From Chloroflexota bacterium (GTDB lineage: Bacteria; Chloroflexota; UBA6077; SHYK01): DNA of 45,534 nucleotides. The stretch lies in contig JAXDLH010000023.1 of the NCBI GenBank assembly GCA_034666705.1, positions 1-45,534 of the forward strand, in the 5' to 3' direction. Positions 40,593 through 45,534 of the stretch are shown one piece after another (position 1 is the first letter of the stretch; each line of letters opens with the position of its first letter). The notes below the pieces were generated by a model. That model did no database searches. It had not been told where the DNA came from and saw nothing but the letters and a program-made list of their open reading frames with translations. The position numbers were made by a program, and so were the translations under genes.

Positions 40593-42791
40593 TTGAGAGT
40601 CGACAGCAACGTGCGGATCGACGGCGCCGGGAAGCTCACCGGGGCGACGAAGTACGCGGCCGACGTGGTTCGCCCCGGCATGCTGCACGCCGCCCTGCTG
40701 CGCAGCCCGTACCCGCACGCCCGTATCGTCTCGATCGATGCGAGCCGCGCGAAGGCGCTGCCCGGCGTGCACGCCGTCCTTACTGGCCAGGATACGCCCG
40801 ATTACCTCCTGGGCCGCTCGATGCGCGACATGCCGATCCTGGCGCGCGACCGCGTACGCTTCTACGGCGAGAAGGTAGCGGTGGCGGCGGCTGACACGAT
40901 GGAGATGGCGGAGGAAGCGATCGGGTTGATCGACGTCCAGTACGAGGAGTTGCCCGCAGTCTTCGATCCGGTCGAGGCGATGCAGCCCGGTGCGCCGCTC
41001 GTCCACGAGCCGGACTGGGTGCGTGCCCACAAAACGCCCACCCAGAAGGTGGCGGATTACCCGAATAGCGTGTCGAATCCGATCTACGGCGTCGGCGTCG
41101 AGGAGATCGAGCGCGCCATAGCCGAAGCGCCATTCGTCTTCGAGCACGAGTTTCACACACCGATCCAGCATCAGATGTACCTCGAGCCGCACTGCTGCAC
41201 GGTGGAGCTGGACGAGGCGGGCGTTGCGCACGTGTGGGCCACCAATAAGGCGCCATTTCTGCTGCTCGATTACCTGCGCGAGGGGATGGGTCTAACCCGC
41301 CCCGAATTCGACGTGCACATCATGCCGTTGGGCGCGGACTTTGGCGGCAAGGGCTCCTTCATGGACATCCCGATCGCCTATCTGCTGGCAAAGGCGACGC
41401 GCCGCGCCGTCCGCATCCAGATGAGCATGACCGATGAGTTGGTCGCGGCGAATCCACGCCACTCCGCCACGATTCGGATCAAGAGCGGGCTTGACGCCAC
41501 CGGCCGGGTGCTCGCTCGGTGGATTCGTACCTACTACAACAGTGGCGCCTACGCGGCGTTCAAGCCAGCCGTGGACGCGACGCTGCCGCGTGTGCTCATC
41601 GGCGGGCTCGGCGCGTACGAGCGGCCGCCAGTGTGGCGCGTCGAGGGGCACATGATCTACACGAACACGGTGCCGTGCGGCCACATGCGCGAGCCGGGCG
41701 GCGCGCAGCCAATCCAGGCGATCGAGCAGCATCTCGATCTTTGTGCGCGGGAACTGGGCATCGATCCCCTCGAGATTCGCCTCGTCAACGCACCTGAGGA
41801 GCCGCGACCCGAGAACCAGGGTGGCGCGGGGACGATCCCGAAAAGCCGCGAGGTACTGCGGGAGGCCGCCCGGGCGATCGGCTGGGACGACCCGAAGCCA
41901 GCCAACGTGGGCCGTGGCATTGCGCTCATCAGCATCACGAATAGCCCCGCCACCGACTACACGAACCGCCTGATCGTCCAGCGGGACGGCCGCATCGTGA
42001 TGCACACGCCGATCATCGAGCAGGGCTCCGGCATGCTTACGGCGTTCCGCCAGATGGTGGCGGAGTCGCTCGGCGTCGGCCTCGACCAGGTCGATATCGT
42101 GCAGACGATGGATGAGGACTACGACCGGGGCGTCGGCGGCAGCCGCGTCACGCGCGTGGTTGGGCGGATGATCGACATCATGGTGGAGCGCCTGCAACAC
42201 CGGATGGCGGAGTTGGTTGCTGACCAGGCCGACTGCGGCGTGGATGAGGTTGGCGTCGAGCCAGGTGGCTTCCGCACGCCGGACGGCGAGTTTCACGCGC
42301 TGGGCGAGGTCGCGCAGCTCGCGCCTCAAGAAATGGTCGAGCTGCTCCGCTACACGCCGCAGCCGCAGGACGTCGTGGAGGCGTACGCGGCCTTCGCCGC
42401 CGAGGTTGCGGTAGATCCGGAAACCGGCGAGGTGGACCTGAGGCGCGGGACAACGGCGGTCGAAATCGGCAAGGTCGTCAACCCGATCGGCCACCGTGGC
42501 CAGATCGACGGGGGAATCGCACAGGGAATCGGGTACGCGCTCATGGAGGGGCTATCGTTCGAGGATGGCCGTCCGACGATGCTGAACCTGCACGAGTACA
42601 AGATCCCGACCGTCGTCGATATGCCGCCATTCGACGTGACCCTGCTGGAGCCGGAGCTCGTACTCGGCGTCACCCCGATCGGCGAAGGCCCCAACTGCGC
42701 CATGGCGGCAGCCATCGCGACCGCGGTGATGGACGCGACCGGCCGCGAGTTGAACATCCCCATCCACCCCGAGGACCTCGTCGCGGGATAG
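40593..42791 (+). CDS. xanthine dehydrogenase-family molybdopterin-binding large subunit (aldehyde oxidase/CoxL-like)
   Basis: RIDGAGKLTGATKYAADV N-terminus, …HQMYLEPH…, …GGAFGGK-like LGADFGGKG… and C-terminal GIGEGPNCAMAAAIATAV. TTG 40593 with AGGAGAGG RBS preferred over GTG 40533. Confidence 0.9.
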   Translation: MRVDSNVRIDGAGKLTGATKYAADVVRPGMLHAALLRSPYPHARIVSIDASRAKALPGVHAVLTGQDTPDYLLGRSMRDMPILARDRVRFYGEKVAVAAADTMEMAEEAIGLIDVQYEELPAVFDPVEAMQPGAPLVHEPDWVRAHKTPTQKVADYPNSVSNPIYGVGVEEIERAIAEAPFVFEHEFHTPIQHQMYLEPHCCTVELDEAGVAHVWATNKAPFLLLDYLREGMGLTRPEFDVHIMPLGADFGGKGSFMDIPIAYLLAKATRRAVRIQMSMTDELVAANPRHSATIRIKSGLDATGRVLARWIRTYYNSGAYAAFKPAVDATLPRVLIGGLGAYERPPVWRVEGHMIYTNTVPCGHMREPGGAQPIQAIEQHLDLCARELGIDPLEIRLVNAPEEPRPENQGGAGTIPKSREVLREAARAIGWDDPKPANVGRGIALISITNSPATDYTNRLIVQRDGRIVMHTPIIEQGSGMLTAFRQMVAESLGVGLDQVDIVQTMDEDYDRGVGGSRVTRVVGRMIDIMVERLQHRMAELVADQADCGVDEVGVEPGGFRTPDGEFHALGEVAQLAPQEMVELLRYTPQPQDVVEAYAAFAAEVAVDPETGEVDLRRGTTAVEIGKVVNPIGHRGQIDGGIAQGIGYALMEGLSFEDGRPTMLNLHEYKIPTVVDMPPFDVTLLEPELVLGVTPIGEGPNCAMAAAIATAVMDATGRELNIPIHPEDLVAG

Positions 42792-42818
42792 TCACCTCTT
42801 GAAGGTCAGGCATAAGTG

Positions 42819-43251
42819 CTATGGCATCACCGAGAAGCCGTACTGCGCGAAGTGATGGTCCAAGGTAAATGCGCTAGTGATACCCAGGCGTTCCATCACG
42901 GCAAAGCTGGTTGCATCGGTAAGTGAGAAATCCTTATCGGTGTATTGAAAAAATGATTGACTCCGCGCGTGCCTCGTCCAGTTCGGTGACTCGCTCGATG
43001 CGTGTCCGGCTCCGGCGTACTCCACGGAGAAAATCCGTGGCAAACGGCACGCCGACGCGGGCAATGAATAGGGCGTGCGTCTCGGCAACCACGTAGTTGC
43101 TGGTGTGTGTCAACAGCCGGTCGTCGGTAATTCGCTGCCAGGTGGCCCGTGCCTGCAGGTGGTGAGAATCGCGTGGGTTGGTAAGAGCAAGAAAGCCAGA
43201 TGAATCGAGGAAGACATCCGTCGAAGCAAACCGGCGTGGTAACGTGATCAT
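42819..43251 (-). pseudogene. PIN-domain toxin (vapC-like), frameshifted at a homopolymer
   Basis: ORF 42934..43251 gives VFLDSSGFLALTNPRD…VVAETHALF…ARAESIIF, then stops. ORF 42819..43088 supplies the missing FQYTDKDFSLTDATSFAVMERLGITSAFTLDHHFAQYGF. The frames join at the A6 run 42948-42953 (T6 on the coding strand). Removing one base gives a continuous ~143-aa PIN protein. Confidence 0.75.
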
Positions 43252-43538
43252 TGGTCTCGGGGCGTGTAGGCCTCAGCGAGGTACTCATGCTTTCTGGATG
43301 CGTCGGTGGGGGGCGCCTCAGTAGCCGCGCCCACTAACTTCCAGAGCGCGTCGTCCGGCATGATGATCCCGGTCTTGCGCTGCCGAAGGGGTCTCGCACG
43401 CTTCACGGGCGTGAGGACGGCCAGCTCTTGATTAGCGCTGGTGAGGATTAACGACTCGCCTGACTCGCTCACCTCATTCACGATGCGCAACAGTTCCGGC
43501 ACGGCGCTCACGTCAATAGTCCTATGGGCTCGCGCCAT
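43248..43538 (-). CDS. type II antitoxin (Phd/YefM-like N-terminus) partner of the PIN gene
   Basis: ATG 43536-43538 (GAGGTGG RBS). MARAHRTIDVSAVPELLRIVNEVSESGESLILTSANQELAVLTPV resembles prevent-host-death type antitoxins. Its stop overlaps the PIN start by 4 nt (ATGA). Confidence 0.65.
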   Translation of the reverse strand: MARAHRTIDVSAVPELLRIVNEVSESGESLILTSANQELAVLTPVKRARPLRQRKTGIIMPDDALWKLVGAATEAPPTDASRKHEYLAEAYTPRDQ

Positions 43539-43590
43539 CTCGTCCACCTCGCTCACAACACGTATGCCGCAATTATTCCACGCTGGAGGT

Positions 43591-44076
43591 TTACGCGCTC
43601 CGCAGGCGGGCGATGGCTTCGCGGACGGAGTCGAGGATCTTGACGTAACTGCCGCAGCGGCAGAGGTTGCCAGAGAGGTATTCGCGGATCTCGTCGTCCG
43701 AAGCGTTGGGCCGCTCCATGAGCAGCGCCTTTGCTGAGAGGATGATGCCGGGCGTGCAGTAGGAGCACTGGAAGCCGCTCTTGTCGATGAATGCCTGCTG
43801 CATGGGGTCGAGGTGGGTCGGCGCGCCGTCGGGCACGGGCATGCCTAGCCCTTCGACAGTGAGCACGTCGCGGCCCTCCGCCATCGCGGCGAGTGTGAGG
43901 CATGAGCTGATCGGCTGGCCATCCACCAGGACGGTACAGGCCCCACAGACGCCAATGCCGCACCCCTCGCGGACGCTGAGCAACCCGAGATGATCGCGCA
44001 GCACCTCGAGCAGCGTTTGCTCCGAGGGCGCTTCGATGCGTTGTTCCGTGCCATTGACGCGCAGGACCGGGCTCAC
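43591..44076 (-). CDS. (2Fe-2S)-binding small subunit of a xanthine dehydrogenase-family enzyme (CoxS/IorA-like)
   Basis: GTG 44074-44076 overlaps the large-subunit stop (GTGA). CGIGVCGACTV, CSYCTPG and CRCGSY cluster motifs. 161 aa. Confidence 0.9.
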   Translation of the reverse strand: MSPVLRVNGTEQRIEAPSEQTLLEVLRDHLGLLSVREGCGIGVCGACTVLVDGQPISSCLTLAAMAEGRDVLTVEGLGMPVPDGAPTHLDPMQQAFIDKSGFQCSYCTPGIILSAKALLMERPNASDDEIREYLSGNLCRCGSYVKILDSVREAIARLRSA

Positions 44077-45534
44077 TGGGCACCTGCCAGCGTGTCGAGC
44101 ACGCGCTCTGGCGAGAGGGGAATGCGCGGGACGCGGACGCCGATGGCGTCGCGCACGGCGTTGCCGATCGCCGGCGGCACCGCGGGAAGTCCAGTCTCGC
44201 CGAGGCCGTGCACCTCGGGGTTCGGCCCCGGGTTCTCGGCGAGGGTCGTCGTGAAGCTCAGCGGGAAATCGAGCATCGAGGCGATGCTGTAGTCGGACAG
44301 GTTCGCATTGGTGACCTGACCGCCATCGAACACCATCTCCTCGAAGAGTGCCTGCGAGAGCCCGAACGTGGCGCACCCCTCGTTCTGGAGCTCGGCCGAA
44401 GGGCGGTCGATTACGCGACCGGCGTGCGTTGCGAGGTGCAGACGCAGCAGCTCCACTTTACCGGTCTCCTTGTCTACCTCGACGACCGCGCTCGCGGCGG
44501 CCTGATGCCAGTGATGGGATGCCTTGCCCTGGCCCGTCTCCGGATCCACCGCGATCTGCGTGCGGAATCCGCCCGTGCCCGTGAGGCTCTCGAGGCCCGC
44601 GGCCCGCAATAGTTCCGCCATGTCCACGTCTGCCGCGAGTGGCGCCGCCTCGGCGGCTCCCTGGACCCGAACCCGTCCCTCGGCTACTTGGACCCGCTCC
44701 GCTGGGACCTCGTAGACTCGCGCTGCCAGCTCGCGAAGCTCGACATACAGATCCTCGGCGGCCTCCTGCGCCGCGAGCGCGTTGAAGAACGAGGACCGAC
44801 TCGAGCTGGTGCCCTGATCGGGCGGCGTCGAGCCGGTGTCTGGATAGGGGACTCGCACCCGCGCCTCGGGGATGCCGAGCGCACGGGCTCCTTCGCGAGC
44901 GAGCACCGTGCGCGAGCCCTGGCCAATGTCCACCGTGCTGCTCAACACGCTGACCGCGCCATCCGCATCGAGGCGGATTTCGAGGGTCGTCGTCGCCGGG
45001 TTGCTGCCCATGTGCTTGATGATGACGGCCACGCCACGGCCGACGACCTTGCTGGGTCCCGAAGGCGCCGGCAACGGCTCGTGGTAGCCGATATGCTCGG
45101 CCGAGTCCTCGAGCAGTTCGTCCCAGTGCACGTCCGCCATCGGCTCGCCGGTGGCGAATGCGTCACCGTCGTGCAGGATGTTGCGCAGGCGGAACTCGAG
45201 CGGGTCTATGCCCATGCGGCGCGCTAGCTCGTCGGTATGGCTCTCATATGCCCAGGCGACCTGCGAGACCGCCAGCCCGCGGAACGGAACGGCATTCGGC
45301 CGGTTCGTGTACACGGCGTACGCGTCGACCTTGACGTTGGGAATGATGTACGGTCCAATCGCTCCGATCCCACCCGAGCGCGCGATGGTGCCGCTGCGAT
45401 CGGCGTACGCGCCGCCGTTGTAGTGGATCTCGACCTCGCGGGCCGTGATCGAGCCGTCGTGGCGCAGCCCCGTCTTGATGCGGACCTGCGCCTCGTGCTT
45501 CGTCGTCGTTACGAACTCCTCGGCTCGTGCGAGC
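44073..45534 (-). CDS. xanthine dehydrogenase-family molybdopterin-binding large subunit, 5'-truncated by the window edge
   Basis: The frame stays open from 45534 (…GSITAREVEIHYNGGAYADRSG…YAVYTNRPNAVPFRG…GLGETGLPAVPPAIGNAV). The ORF-track start at 45314 is an internal GTG. Confidence 0.9.
   Translation of the reverse strand, partial: LARAEEFVTTTKHEAQVRIKTGLRHDGSITAREVEIHYNGGAYADRSGTIARSGGIGAIGPYIIPNVKVDAYAVYTNRPNAVPFRGLAVSQVAWAYESHTDELARRMGIDPLEFRLRNILHDGDAFATGEPMADVHWDELLEDSAEHIGYHEPLPAPSGPSKVVGRGVAVIIKHMGSNPATTTLEIRLDADGAVSVLSSTVDIGQGSRTVLAREGARALGIPEARVRVPYPDTGSTPPDQGTSSSRSSFFNALAAQEAAEDLYVELRELAARVYEVPAERVQVAEGRVRVQGAAEAAPLAADVDMAELLRAAGLESLTGTGGFRTQIAVDPETGQGKASHHWHQAAASAVVEVDKETGKVELLRLHLATHAGRVIDRPSAELQNEGCATFGLSQALFEEMVFDGGQVTNANLSDYSIASMLDFPLSFTTTLAENPGPNPEVHGLGETGLPAVPPAIGNAVRDAIGVRVPRIPLSPERVLDTLAGAQ

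Noticed and set aside
1-45534. Interpreting the window as a mobile genomic island, prophage or defence island
   Set aside because: I recognised no integrase, transposase, recombinase, phage structural or replication genes, flanking tRNA or direct-repeat att sites. I also recognised no known defence genes apart from three decayed TA modules. The accessory character seems metabolic rather than mobile.

Overview
A visibly GC-rich bacterial chromosomal segment of 45.5 kb. Strong GGAGG-type ribosome-binding sites, many GTG/TTG starts and a characteristic intergenic hairpin repeat suggest a Chloroflexota/Thermomicrobia-like or similar high-GC lineage, but this is inference only. I support about 40 intact protein-coding genes, 4 pseudogenes or gene remnants, and no rRNA or tRNA.

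The content is mostly accessory metabolism:
- four luciferase-like (LLM) flavin/F420 oxidoreductases, an RraA-like aldolase and an M24 creatinase-like hydrolase
- a two-subunit CoA-transferase
- three periplasmic solute-binding proteins, only one of which has permeases, and none has an ATPase
- a Dyp peroxidase and an MFS transporter
- a probable aromatic or heteroaromatic acid catabolic cluster: a Rieske oxygenase, a tandem GlcG/DUF336 fusion, a UbiD decarboxylase and two xanthine-dehydrogenase-family molybdoenzymes
- a DoxX plus LuxR-type response regulator plus PAS histidine kinase operon
- a 690-aa secreted protein with a unique Cys-rich triple repeat

The features that gene annotation does not explain are:
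1. All three PIN-like toxin genes (two vapC-like, one DUF5615) are frameshifted, while their antitoxin partners and every other gene are intact.
2. A dispersed family of short hairpin repeats has a conserved 11-nt loop (GAG-N5-CGA) and covarying stems. The copies sit in 3' and intra-operonic spacers.
3. A 470-bp convergent spacer (35801-36270) is packed with nested repeats and has a CRISPR-like 36+36-bp periodicity. No cas genes are present.
4. A ~62-nt hairpin plus U-tract element is conserved at the same distance downstream of two unrelated genes, with a G:U-compatible substitution in its stem.

I did not recognise any known defence system, prophage, transposase or integrase. All family assignments rest on motifs read from the translations, not on database searches.
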